From NCBI GenBank assembly GCA_964019425.1, contig OZ025790.1, positions 1 through 64,000 of the forward strand: a stretch of 64,000 nucleotides of DNA. Reading direction: 5' to 3'. This DNA comes from Flectonema sp. DT1601 (lineage: Eukaryota). A program made the position numbers and the translations under genes. Below are positions 41,315 through 51,258 of the stretch, piece by piece. The notes beneath the pieces were generated by a model. The model was not told the origin of the DNA. It did not search any database and saw nothing but the letters and a program-made list of their open reading frames with translations. Every line of letters begins with the position of its first letter. Position 1 is the first letter of the stretch.

Positions 41315-42964
41315 TTTTTTCTTTTTTCTTTTTTTTTTTTTGGTTACACTCGTCTGTGCTTCCAGACTCTTTGTTTTTGTTCTTTTCACTTCTTTGTTTT
41401 GTCTTTCTTTTATACTTTCTTTTGGTTTAAGTCTGACAAATTGGAAAACACGGGAAACATAGGTAGGCTCCGCCTGAGGACGTAAGAAGAGCGGCAACGG
41501 AAAAATAAGTGGTCACGCGCCCTTGAAATTGGACACATGAAGCTAATTCGGTTACCATTCCTACCATCGATAAGGAAAAACAAAGAATCGAGCATATAAC
41601 TAGAGCGGTGGTCAAAGACCACTTGAACAGCCCGAAGGCCTGCCCTCAAGAGAAATTTATAAGGAGAATAGGAGAAGAAGGAGACAGGAGTGTTGGATGA
41701 GACACTGCGACAACACCGAAGGTGATGTGCAGCTACCCAACCAGGAGATGATTGATAATGATGAAAATACTAAATATTGATAAAACACTTAAATGGCGAC
41801 TACGTGTCACCTACACAATTCCAAAGTCTCAGGTTGGATGCTTGTTCCATCCACCTGATCAACATCGCTACTGAAGGAAGCCAGCTGGTGGCAAAGATTG
41901 AGCCAAGACTGGCAGGAATGCCGTTGATGAGGATTAGATCACTTGATCGGTCCCATTTGCCTGTCAATGTAGAAAAGCCAAGGATTTCATATCTGGCTGC
42001 ATCGAGTTTCTGTGATGGACAGCCTACGAGTAAGTGGAGTTGGTCCAGAAATGCTGCAGGTAAATCGTTCTCAGATATATTTGATACGCTGATGTCCTTA
42101 CCAGCGTCCTGTTGGAGTTCTTTAATCTTCTTGAAGGCGAAGTTAAAGTTGTTCCCCTTCTTCAGTTGGTCTTTCAGGTGACTGCCTTTTGATTTTAAAG
42201 ATTCTGGTGAAGAGGTCTTCCACTTACGTCGGCGCTTGCCCTTAAATAAGATTCTCCTCCGCACGTTCCTCGCAGCTACTTCATGTATTATGTTATTTAA
42301 TAATCCAACATTACCAGTGGCATCATCCGAGAACTTAGCCCTATCAATTCTTCTATCAAGTTGCTGTCTGAAAGCACTCCAGTTTGTAGATTTGAAATCC
42401 CAGACAGTTCGTTTCCTTGCTCCAACTGTTGCTTGAGAGAGGTGAGCCATTGTGTCGAGGATAGCGAGTAGAGGTCGATGATCCGAGTTATGTTTACTGT
42501 CTTCATTTATGATTGGAAATTCTTCTAATACAATTGATCCTTTGAAGAATATAACGTCAGGTGAGGTACCACCGCCAGGAATGTCGTGTTTGGGCCGAGT
42601 TATTTGACCAGGTCTGTTTGCTACGAGAACGTCATTGCGACCCGCCCAATTAAATAATTCTTTACCAGATTTGGTTGTCCTGGTAGACCAGACGAGGTTG
42701 TGTGCGTTGAAGTCGCCCGCAATAATAGACTTCGTTGTGATCGGAAGATCATCTTCTCTAATGATACACCCAGGGGGAGCGTAAACGTTAATAACATTGA
42801 CACCACCAACATTCAGCATCATAGCTTCGATACCGCTTGTTCTCGAAAATAATTCTTCATCACTGATTCCTTGTGAGAAGCATCTCTTTGCCATTATTAT
42901 AATGCCACCTCCTTTTGTATTTCTGTCCTTCCTATATGTATAATAGCCAGGGTGCGAAATGTGT
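41315..42964 (-). mobile_element. Internally deleted LINE-A relative (APE joined in frame to the C-terminal tail; RT and RNase H absent) with a LINE-A 3' UTR
   Basis: The protein reads ...GDFNAH...SDHRP...LPAAFLD|QLHLLVGC...NLRLW. The coding part is diverged from LINE-A, while the UTR is nearly identical. Confidence 0.85.
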
Positions 42965-45179
42965 TCCCCCTTCGACAACATCTGCAGAATGATGTTCCCC
43001 ACCACATTGTGCTGGTCTAATTGAACTTCGCTCCCGTACAATGTAGATACTTGTCTTGTTGTTGATGGATCTTCTCGAGGATGAATTGCGTTCCTGTACC
43101 GTCCCAGGTCGGACGGAGTTCTCGTTGACATATCGACTTTCAATTGATTTGCGTCCCTGCACAGCCCCAGGTTGGACACCGTTCTCCTTGGGGAATCGGC
43201 TTGTAATATTTTTGCGTTCCTGTACAGTCCCAGGTTGGACGGAGTTCCCACTGACAGATCGACTTGTAATTGATTTGCGTTCCTGTACAGTCCCAGGTTG
43301 GACGGGGTTCCCACTGACAGATCGACTTGTAATTGATTTGCGTTCCTGTACAGTCCCAGGTTGGACGGAGTTCCCACTGACAGATCGACTTGTAATTGAT
43401 TCGCGTTCCTGTACAGTCCCAGGTCGGACGGAGTTCCCACTGACAGATCGACTTGTAATTGATTTGCGTTCCTGTACAGTCCCAGGTTGGACGGAGTTCC
43501 CACTGACAGATCGACTTGTAATTGATTCGCGTTCCTGTACAGTCCCAGGTCGGACGGAGTTCCCACTGACAGATCGATTTGTAATTGATTTGCGTTCCTG
43601 TACAGTCCCAGGTCGGACGGTGTTCTCTCTGACAGATCGACTTGCAATAGTTTTACGTTCCTGTACAGTCCCAGGTCGGACACCGTTCTCAACGACAGAT
43701 CGGCCTTCAATTGATTTTTGTTCCTGTACAGTCCCAGGCTGGCCGAACTTGCAGCTCCATGCTGACTTGCGATAGAAGGGGTTCCCGCGGTTCACTTCGC
43801 CTGTAGACGTGAGCCCCCCCCGGCGTTTCCCTTCGGTCTGAACTGAAAGCGGTTACCCACATTCAGTTTCTTTACAAAGGTTGGTGGGTGTGCTCTCTTC
43901 TTTTTTACTATCAAGGCATTCGCCTTTTCTACAGGATCTTCGGATGCTATCAGTAGTTGCTCCTGAAGCCCCGACCGCTTTGTACCGTCTGTACAGAAAA
44001 AGTGTTGAAACCTTAACTGTCTCAACAAATCATCCCCAACTTCACCAAGTGAGGAACCTGCATCCAGCCTGTCACTCTTTCCATACCAAAAAGGAAGTTT
44101 GAGAGGTTCTCAAATTTTTCAACCAATAAGTCCCCTCCCAGACCATATTTTAGACCGGAAACATATCGGCCATCAAGCTTCATCACTAGTGTCGCCGCCT
44201 CCTTCGCTTCAAGGATTTCCTCCCATGCCTTGACCTCCTTTGCACATGACGGGTCAGTTATCAGTTCTAGGTGCTCTTCATGATCAGGTTCAGGCTGAGT
44301 ATTCTGTTGTATCACCGGTGGCTGGAATGGCTGAGGTGGCATCCCCACTGGTGGCTGATGTGATAGTGGCGGTGGCATCGGCATCGGTGGCTGATGTGAT
44401 AGTGGCGGTGGTGGCGGTGGCATCAGCATCTTCACTGCTTCGTGTTGCTGTGGTCGTGTCTCTTGTCTTTCTACCCGTGTTTTTAGCGAAACGAGTTCCG
44501 CCATTAGCGACTGCATTACAGTCTCGGTTTGTTGTTGCTGTTGCTGCTGTCTCATTGTAAAATCTTCGATGGTCGTCCTTATCGACCCCATCTCTTCAGC
44601 CGTGTTTTCCCTGTACCTGGCAGCCGATTCAAACCTCTGACCCACTCCAGAAAAGGTTGCCTCTGTCCGACTTTCTAACACCCTCGTTGCTTCGGCATTG
44701 TCTGAACATGCCTGCTGCGCCTGTTGACGCAGTAAGGCTGCATCCTCCTGCAGACTGCCCATCGCATCGTTGGCGTCATCATACGACACGAGACGGGGGT
44801 TCTCCCCCCTTGACAGCCGCTCTCCAACCTTCGCAGCTTTTTCTGCTACCAATCCTCGATTTACCCTTGACAGCAGACCCAATAACACAACTGCATGTGT
44901 TATTGGGACCGTCGCCAATGATCCTTGCGGCATCCCCAAAGAGATGGCAAGTGTCCCCCTTACCATCTCCCTAAGCGATGTATCATTCCTCAGCTGATTG
45001 AGGTCCACTTCAAACGGGATATCTGCTTTTGCTGTATCCAAATCAATCATTTCACTCTCTGTAGGTACCGGATTCCCTGTCTTTTTCTCCCATACATTCT
45101 TCAAGGCAGCAGGGAATGTAAACTCAACAAGTGGCATCTTCGAAAACGTGAGTGTGAGAGAAAGAAGTGATCGAGCTGT
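42965..45179 (-). mobile_element. YR family 2, truncated copy (gag plus the repeat region of YR)
   Basis: Near-identical to 48294-50320. Gag spans 43792-45137 with a frameshift near 44030. Confidence 0.9.
43080..43745 (-). repeat. 63-bp coding tandem repeat, about 11 units (about 8 units at 48410-48885)
   Basis: Encodes VDLSVGTPSNLGLYRNANQLQ in the YR frame and SRSVSGNSVQPGTVQERKSIT in the RT frame. Confidence 0.95.
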
Positions 45180-45722
45180 CGGGACCGGTCGGGACCTCGT
45201 GGAGAGGCCCGGTCGGTAATTGTCCTTCCATGCTTTGCACCTGTCGAAATAATAAAACTTAAAAACTACACACACACCAATAACAAGCGATTACACTAGA
45301 ACGCGCGATTGCAAGAACACCCTGGTTCAAGGTGGCTCGCTGCGGCGGGGTAACTGAAGTCCGTTTTCGTTGGACTCAGCTCCACCACGGTGGAGGGGTG
45401 AGGAGGGTGGGCTTCGAAAACGTGAGTGTGAGAGAAAGAAGAGATCGAGCTGTATAAAGAATTTCTTTTTGAAAAAATAGAAGGCTAAAGAATATATAAA
45501 AAATGTCTGTTGTTTTGTTCATTTTTCCAACTTCGGAATCATACACTTTTCTGTCTGATTCCTTTTCTTTCCGGTGCTAAGCTTGGTGGAAAATTACCTG
45601 AATGAATTCTAGTAATTGTCCTTCCATGCTTTGCACCTGTCGAAATAATAAAACTTAAAAACTACACACACACCAATAACAAGCGATTACACTAGAACGC
45701 GCGATTGCAAGAACACCCTGGT

Positions 45723-48700
45723 TCAAGGTGGCTCGCTGCGGCGGGGTAACTGAAGTCCGTTTTCGTTGGACTCAGCTCCACCACCCCTGCGCATGTTGAA
45801 AAAGTCCCCCAACGCTTGTTTAACCTTCCCCTTGGTCGAATGAGAAACAGTCTCCCTTGAAGGAATGTCAGCAGGATTGTACTTCGTACTAACCCATCCA
45901 AGGGTGTAGGAACATTTCAAAAGAAAAAGAAAATCAATGGCCTTGACCAAACACTTGTTCAAAATGAATGACTTAACAGACATCTTTTTCCTAAAAACCC
46001 CGCATACCGTGGTATTGTCCACCCATATAGTAAGGTGGTCTGCAGCTTTGATGGCTTTTAATGTCTGCCCTAAGGCATCTGCCTCAAGCACATTGATATG
46101 ACGATCTTCACCTTGAGGCCATGAAGATCCCACAATATCCAATTCACCGCTATTCCAAACAATAACACCTCCCCACCCTTTGAGGGAGGCATCAACAAAC
46201 ACCTCTGCAGTCCTACCACTTTTTCTTTCAGGAAGAATCTTCCTAGTGCGCTGAACCGCCTGAATCCAACTTGAAAGTTCCTTCTTAACCGACAAGGGAA
46301 TAGTAACATGATCCTGCACCTGTATAGAGCCGTAGTTCAGGCGGTTTGTGATCCTGCGCATGTACTTCAGGGCAAACCAATACTTTCCAGGTGAGACCCC
46401 CACGATGGCACTCGCATGTAGAAGGCGGCCCCCCAGCGATTCAAGCTGTGATGCACTCAAACCTGATAGAACACACGTTGAAATCTTCCTCTTAATCTTA
46501 GAACCTAAAGAAACGACCTCATCACAGTGAGAGAACGAAACACCCAGAAATTCATAATCCTGCGACAAGTTCACTGTGTCACTGGGCTTCCATGTTACTC
46601 TCGCTTCCTTAGCAAATCCATCCATTCTTCTTGTCGCCGCCTCTACATCTTCCTTCTTACCAAACAACCTTATGTTGTCAATCCACCAATGAATACCAAC
46701 ATGTTTCTCAGCAAACTCCTCCCTCACAAACATTGGATCACCGGCCACAACTGCTGCAATGGTGTTCATGATTTCCGGTGCACAAACATGTCCCATTGGC
46801 AATCGTGTCAAAGCAAAGGTCCTTCCAGATGAATCGAAAAATGTAAAGAACTTCTGTGACTGTTCTGGTATTTGGATCTGAAAGAAACCAGTCTTGAAAT
46901 CCCTGCATGAAGCCACCTCAGAACGAACTGCATCCAAGTAGTATGAGATATGTTTTAGTGGGACATTCGGCTCATATCCAAAATCTGTCAGGTTTTCATT
47001 TGCTTCTCGCGTCCATAAAATGAAGCGTTGCCTGTTCCCAGTCTCCCTCTCCTCATACACTGTAAAAGGTATGTTCTCAGACAAAGGGGCCGTGCTAACA
47101 GGTACCGCAATCCCACAGTTTACCAATTCTTCTGCATGTTCAGAGCTGAAACGTGATTTCTTCCTTCTAACTCGGTTCATTCCCTCCTTTAATACAGGGA
47201 ACGTTAAAGACAAGACATGCTTGAACCTCTCCAAGATCGCTGGATGCAGTCTGTCTTGAACCATCTCAAGATCCATAGTTTCAGTTGAGGCAACATGGAG
47301 AGGTGAGGCAATCTCCTCAGCAGTAGTGGGAATGCGGGTGCTCTTGGAACGATGTGTGAAACCTGCTCCTATCTTTCTAATAACATCTCTCTCTAAAGGA
47401 GGGAGGTAACAATCTGTGTCCTCAGTGCCCTTGCCATTGCGACTTGATCCCCTCCATACCTCAGGGTTACGTCCGAAAGAGGTGATATTGTTTTGTGCTT
47501 TGCTAATCTGCTTATGAGCTCTTCTGGGATAGGATGACCCTCTGCCAAGACCTGCATCAAGTGGCTGATCGCACCTCTCTTTATGGAGTGTGCCGTGTAC
47601 TGCTTCATGCTGGGGTCCTTTCTGAATTCTTTCACCAGGCTTGATGTGTCCCACGGGTGTAAACTTTCGAAGTGGCCCATTCCCTGCAACAACTCGAAGA
47701 TTCCTTCCGTCAGTGATCCCTGAATCACCGCCCATCGACTTGGCGAGAAAGGGTTCGCCCTCTTCCCTTTTGGGGTGGTAAACCAATCTATTATGATCTC
47801 GTCTTCGGTCACGTGTATAAACTGGCTGCGTGTCAGTGCTGCTACCTCGGCCCATCTGGACGCAGTCTTCCATGCTACCAGTACTGCCAACCAGGTTCTG
47901 CAATCCTTCTGTGCTGCTGCCCACTCGAGCAGGTCGTTTTTGATCATCGGTACAGCCTGCTGTGTTGGTATTGCTGCCCCTGCTGCCCTTAAAGCTGCAG
48001 CTAGGCTCAGCAATTGGCCGTTTGGCATGCCCATTTTTCCCATCACCGCGGACAGCATCTTTGTATATGTCAGGAGGCCCTGTGGTGACACCCCTGTAGC
48101 CATCACAAACAGAACTCCCGAGCTGTGGTCGATTTGCAGATTCCTTTCCTGCCCCCACTTCAGAAATCTCTTCCAAAGGTTCCTTCTGCCTGATGTGGTC
48201 TTCCCTGCCCACATCTCCTGCATTGTCTCTGACAAGCGTTCGGTTGCCTCGATCTCGGTTATCTTGTCCTCTGGGTGCCCCCTTCCATTCTGGTCCCCCT
48301 TCGACAACATCTGCAGAATGATGTTCCCCACCACATTGTGCTGGTCTAATTGAACTTCGCTCCCGTACAATGTGGATACTTGTCTTGTTGTTGATGGATC
48401 TTCTCGAGGATGAATTGCGTTCCTGTACCGTCCCAGGTCGGACGGAGTTCTCGTTGACATATCGACTTTCAATTGATTTGCGTTCCCGCACAGCCCCAGG
48501 TTGGACACCGTTCTCCTTGGGGAATCGGCTTGTAATATTTTTGCGTTCCTGTACAGTCCCAGGTTGGACGGAGTTCCCACTGACAGATCGACTTGTAATT
48601 GATTTGCGTTCCTGTACAGTCCCAGGTTGGACGGAGTTCCCACTGACAGATCGACTTGTAATTGATTCGCGTTCCTGTACAGTCCCAGGTCGGACGGAGT

Positions 48701-48935
48701 TCCCACTGACAGATCGATTTGTAATTGATTTGCGTTCCTGTACAGTCCCAGGTCGGACGGTGTTCTCTCTGACAGATCGACTTGCAATAGTTTTACGTTC
48801 CTGTACAGTCCCAGGTCGGACACCGTTCTCAACGACAGATCGGCCTTCAATTGATTTTTGTTCCTGTACAGTCCCAGGCTGGACGAACTTGCAGCTCCAT
48901 GCTGACTTGCGATAGAAGGGGTTCCCGCGGTTCAC
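45723..48935 (-). CDS. RT/RNase H, family 2 (1070 aa open frame fully overlapping YR)
   Basis: DFKTGF, LPMG, WIDN, FLGV, FVDAS..GWG, HINVLE, DNTT, NPADIPSR. Confidence 0.92.
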   Translation of the reverse strand: MNRGNPFYRKSAWSCKFVQPGTVQEQKSIEGRSVVENGVRPGTVQERKTIASRSVRENTVRPGTVQERKSITNRSVSGNSVRPGTVQERESITSRSVSGNSVQPGTVQERKSITSRSVSGNSVQPGTVQERKNITSRFPKENGVQPGAVRERKSIESRYVNENSVRPGTVQERNSSSRRSINNKTSIHIVRERSSIRPAQCGGEHHSADVVEGGPEWKGAPRGQDNRDRGNRTLVRDNAGDVGREDHIRQKEPLEEISEVGAGKESANRPQLGSSVCDGYRGVTTGPPDIYKDAVRGDGKNGHAKRPIAEPSCSFKGSRGSNTNTAGCTDDQKRPARVGSSTEGLQNLVGSTGSMEDCVQMGRGSSTDTQPVYTRDRRRDHNRLVYHPKREEGEPFLAKSMGGDSGITDGRNLRVVAGNGPLRKFTPVGHIKPGERIQKGPQHEAVHGTLHKERCDQPLDAGLGRGSSYPRRAHKQISKAQNNITSFGRNPEVWRGSSRNGKGTEDTDCYLPPLERDVIRKIGAGFTHRSKSTRIPTTAEEIASPLHVASTETMDLEMVQDRLHPAILERFKHVLSLTFPVLKEGMNRVRRKKSRFSSEHAEELVNCGIAVPVSTAPLSENIPFTVYEERETGNRQRFILWTREANENLTDFGYEPNVPLKHISYYLDAVRSEVASCRDFKTGFFQIQIPEQSQKFFTFFDSSGRTFALTRLPMGHVCAPEIMNTIAAVVAGDPMFVREEFAEKHVGIHWWIDNIRLFGKKEDVEAATRRMDGFAKEARVTWKPSDTVNLSQDYEFLGVSFSHCDEVVSLGSKIKRKISTCVLSGLSASQLESLGGRLLHASAIVGVSPGKYWFALKYMRRITNRLNYGSIQVQDHVTIPLSVKKELSSWIQAVQRTRKILPERKSGRTAEVFVDASLKGWGGVIVWNSGELDIVGSSWPQGEDRHINVLEADALGQTLKAIKAADHLTIWVDNTTVCGVFRKKMSVKSFILNKCLVKAIDFLFLLKCSYTLGWVSTKYNPADIPSRETVSHSTKGKVKQALGDFFNMRRGGGAESNENGLQLPRRSEPP
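47393..48850 (-). CDS. Tyrosine recombinase, family 2
   Basis: WKTASRW, HSIKRG, LAKH and TLRY catalytic motifs; N-terminal 21-aa repeats. Confidence 0.92.
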   Translation of the reverse strand: MKADLSLRTVSDLGLYRNVKLLQVDLSERTPSDLGLYRNANQLQIDLSVGTPSDLGLYRNANQLQVDLSVGTPSNLGLYRNANQLQVDLSVGTPSNLGLYRNAKILQADSPRRTVSNLGLCGNANQLKVDMSTRTPSDLGRYRNAIHPREDPSTTRQVSTLYGSEVQLDQHNVVGNIILQMLSKGDQNGRGHPEDKITEIEATERLSETMQEMWAGKTTSGRRNLWKRFLKWGQERNLQIDHSSGVLFVMATGVSPQGLLTYTKMLSAVMGKMGMPNGQLLSLAAALRAAGAAIPTQQAVPMIKNDLLEWAAAQKDCRTWLAVLVAWKTASRWAEVAALTRSQFIHVTEDEIIIDWFTTPKGKRANPFSPSRWAVIQGSLTEGIFELLQGMGHFESLHPWDTSSLVKEFRKDPSMKQYTAHSIKRGAISHLMQVLAEGHPIPEELISRLAKHKTISPLSDVTLRYGGDQVAMARALRTQIVTSLL

Positions 48936-50279
48936 TTCGCCTGTAGACGTGAGCCCCCCCCGGCGTTTCCCTTCGGTCTGAACTGAAAGCGGTTACCCAC
49001 ATTCAGTTTCTTTACAAAGGTTGGTGGGCGTGCTCTCTTCTTTTTTACTATCAAGGCATTCGCCTTTTCTACAGGATCTTCGGATGCTATCAGTAGTTGC
49101 TCCTGAAGCTCCGACCGCTTTGTACCGTCTGTACAGAAAAAGTGTTGAAACCTTAACTGTCTCAACAAATCATCCCCCAACTTCACCAAGTGAGGAACCT
49201 GCGTCCAGCCTGTCACTCTTTCCATACCAAAAAGGAAGTTTGAGAGGTTCTCAAATTTTTCAACCAATAAGTCCCCTCCCAGACCATATTTTAGACCGGA
49301 AACATATCGGCCATCAAGCTTCATCACTAGTGTCGCCGCCTCCTTCGCTTCAAGGATTTCCTCCCATGCCTTGACCTCCTTTGCACATGACGGGTCAGTT
49401 ATCAGTTCTAGGTGCTCTTCATGATCAGGTTCAGGCTGAGTATTCTGTTGTATCACCGGTGGCTGGAATGGCTGAGGTGGCATCCCCACTGGTGGCTGAT
49501 GTGATAGTGGCGGTGGCATCGGCATCGGTGGCTGATGTGATAGTGGCGGTGGTGGCGGTGGCATCGGCATCTTCACTGCTTCGTGTTGCTGTGGTCGTGT
49601 CTCTTGTCTTTCTACCCGTGTTTTTTAGCGAAACGAGTTCCGCCATTAGCGACTGCATTACAGTCTCGGTTTGTTGTTGCTGTTGCTGCTGTCTCATTGT
49701 AAAATCTTCGATGGTCGTCCTTATCGACCCCATCTCTTCAGCCGTGTTTTCCCTGTACCTGGCAACCGATTCAAACCTCTGACCCACTCCAGAAAAGGTG
49801 CCTCTGTCCGACTTTCTAACACCCTCGTTGCTTCGGCATTGTCTGAACATGCCTGCTGCGCCTGTTGACGCAGTAAGGCTGCATCCTCCTGCAGACTGCC
49901 CATCGCATCGTTGGCGTCATCATACGACACGAGACGGGGGTTCCCCCCCCCTTGACAGCCGCTCTCCAACCTTCGCAGCTTTTTCTGCTACCAATCCTCG
50001 ATTTACCCTTGACAGCAGACCCAATAACACAACTGCATGTGTTATTGGGACCGTCGCCAATGATCCTTGCGGCATCCCCAAAGAGATGGCAAGTGTCCCC
50101 CTTACCATCTCCCTAAGCGATGTATCATTCCTCAGCTGATTGAGGTCCACTTCAAACGGGATATCTGCTTTTGCTGTATCCAAATCAATCATTTCACTCT
50201 CTGTAGGTACCGGATTCCCTGTCTTTTTCTCCCATACATTCTTCAAGGCAGCAGGGAATGTAAACTCAACAAGTGGCAT
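48932..50279 (-). pseudogene. Gag-like ORF, family 2, broken by indels near 49620, 49800 and 49945
   Basis: Aligns to 43792-45137. The indels lie in homopolymer or dinucleotide runs and may be sequencing errors. Confidence 0.85.
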
Positions 50280-50480
50280 CTTCGAAAACGTGAGTGTGAG
50301 AGAAAGAAGTGATCGAGCTGTATAAAGAATTTCTTTTTGAAAAAATAGAAGGCTAAAGAATATATAAAAAATGTCTGTTGTTTTGTTCATTTTTCCAACT
50401 TCGGAATCATACACTTTTCTGTCTGATTCCTTTTCTTTCCGGTGCTAAGCTTGGTGGAAAATTACCTGAATGAATTCTAG

Positions 50481-50915
50481 GACCTCGTGGAGAGGCCCGG
50501 TCGCGGGACATGCGCCGTCACAGGGGGTGGGTGGGCTTTCAAAACTTTAACGTAAAAGTCTGAAAAACCCTGTGATAAAGCTAAAAGAATGATATTGTAG
50601 GAAAAATAAATCTTAAAAGTAATCTGATTTCTTTTCTGGACTTGAAAAGCCTAAGAAAGCCGTTTTAACAGGAACAGCTTCACAAAAATAGTCTAGGGGA
50701 AGTCCCCTTTTGAAGAAAGACTGCTTGTCTAACGATCAGCTTCTGCAACCAAGTCGGTGCAGCAAACTTATTGTCAATGAGCGGACCCTTCGGAAAACAG
50801 AAAAAACAATTGAAGTTGAGAACTCAAACTTCTTTTGACACTAGCAATAAATAATGAAATGAAAACAAGAGAAATGATATTAGATAAATTAAACACTGCC
50901 ATTTGCAAGGTTCCC
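50481..50915 (+). repeat. About 430-bp repeat with a diverged inverted copy at about 51430-51855
   Basis: GCGCCGTCACAGGGGGTGGGTGGG...AAAACCCTGTGATAAAGC...CTGCCATTTGCAAGGTTCCC occurs in both orientations. Confidence 0.75.
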
Positions 50916-51005
50916 AAGTGGTAAGGGTTTGCGGGTTTACGGGTTTGCGGGTTTCGCGTTGTTATACTCCAAATTTTTTATACACCGTGATATTTATAAT
51001 TACAG

Positions 51006-51258
51006 TATATTCTTTAGCCTTCCATTTTTCAAAAGAAATTCTTTATACAGCTCGATCACTTCTTTCTCTCACACTCACGTTTTCGAAGTGGTGGAGCTAA
51101 GTCCAACGAAAACGGACTTCAGTTACCCCGCCGCAGCGAGCCACCTTGAACCAGGGTGTTCTTGCAATCACGCGTTCTAGTGTAATCGCTTGTTTTTGGT
51201 GCGTGTGTAGTTTTTAAGTTTTATTATTTCGACAGGTGCAAAGCATGGAAGGACAATT
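51006..51258 (+). mobile_element. Solo A-B terminal fragment of YR family 2 (SIRE-like non-coding derivative)
   Basis: Part of A is joined directly to a complete B (TTTTCGAAG|TGGTGGAGCT) without the spacer. Confidence 0.85.

Larger units (their letters stand above)
45217..50480 (-). mobile_element. YR family 2, structurally complete, with split direct repeats A1-[gag,YR,RT/RH]-B1-A2-B2
   Basis: A1 50280-50480 = A2 45412-45612; B1 45613-45784 = B2 45217-45388; 23-bp spacer between A2 and B2. Confidence 0.93.
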
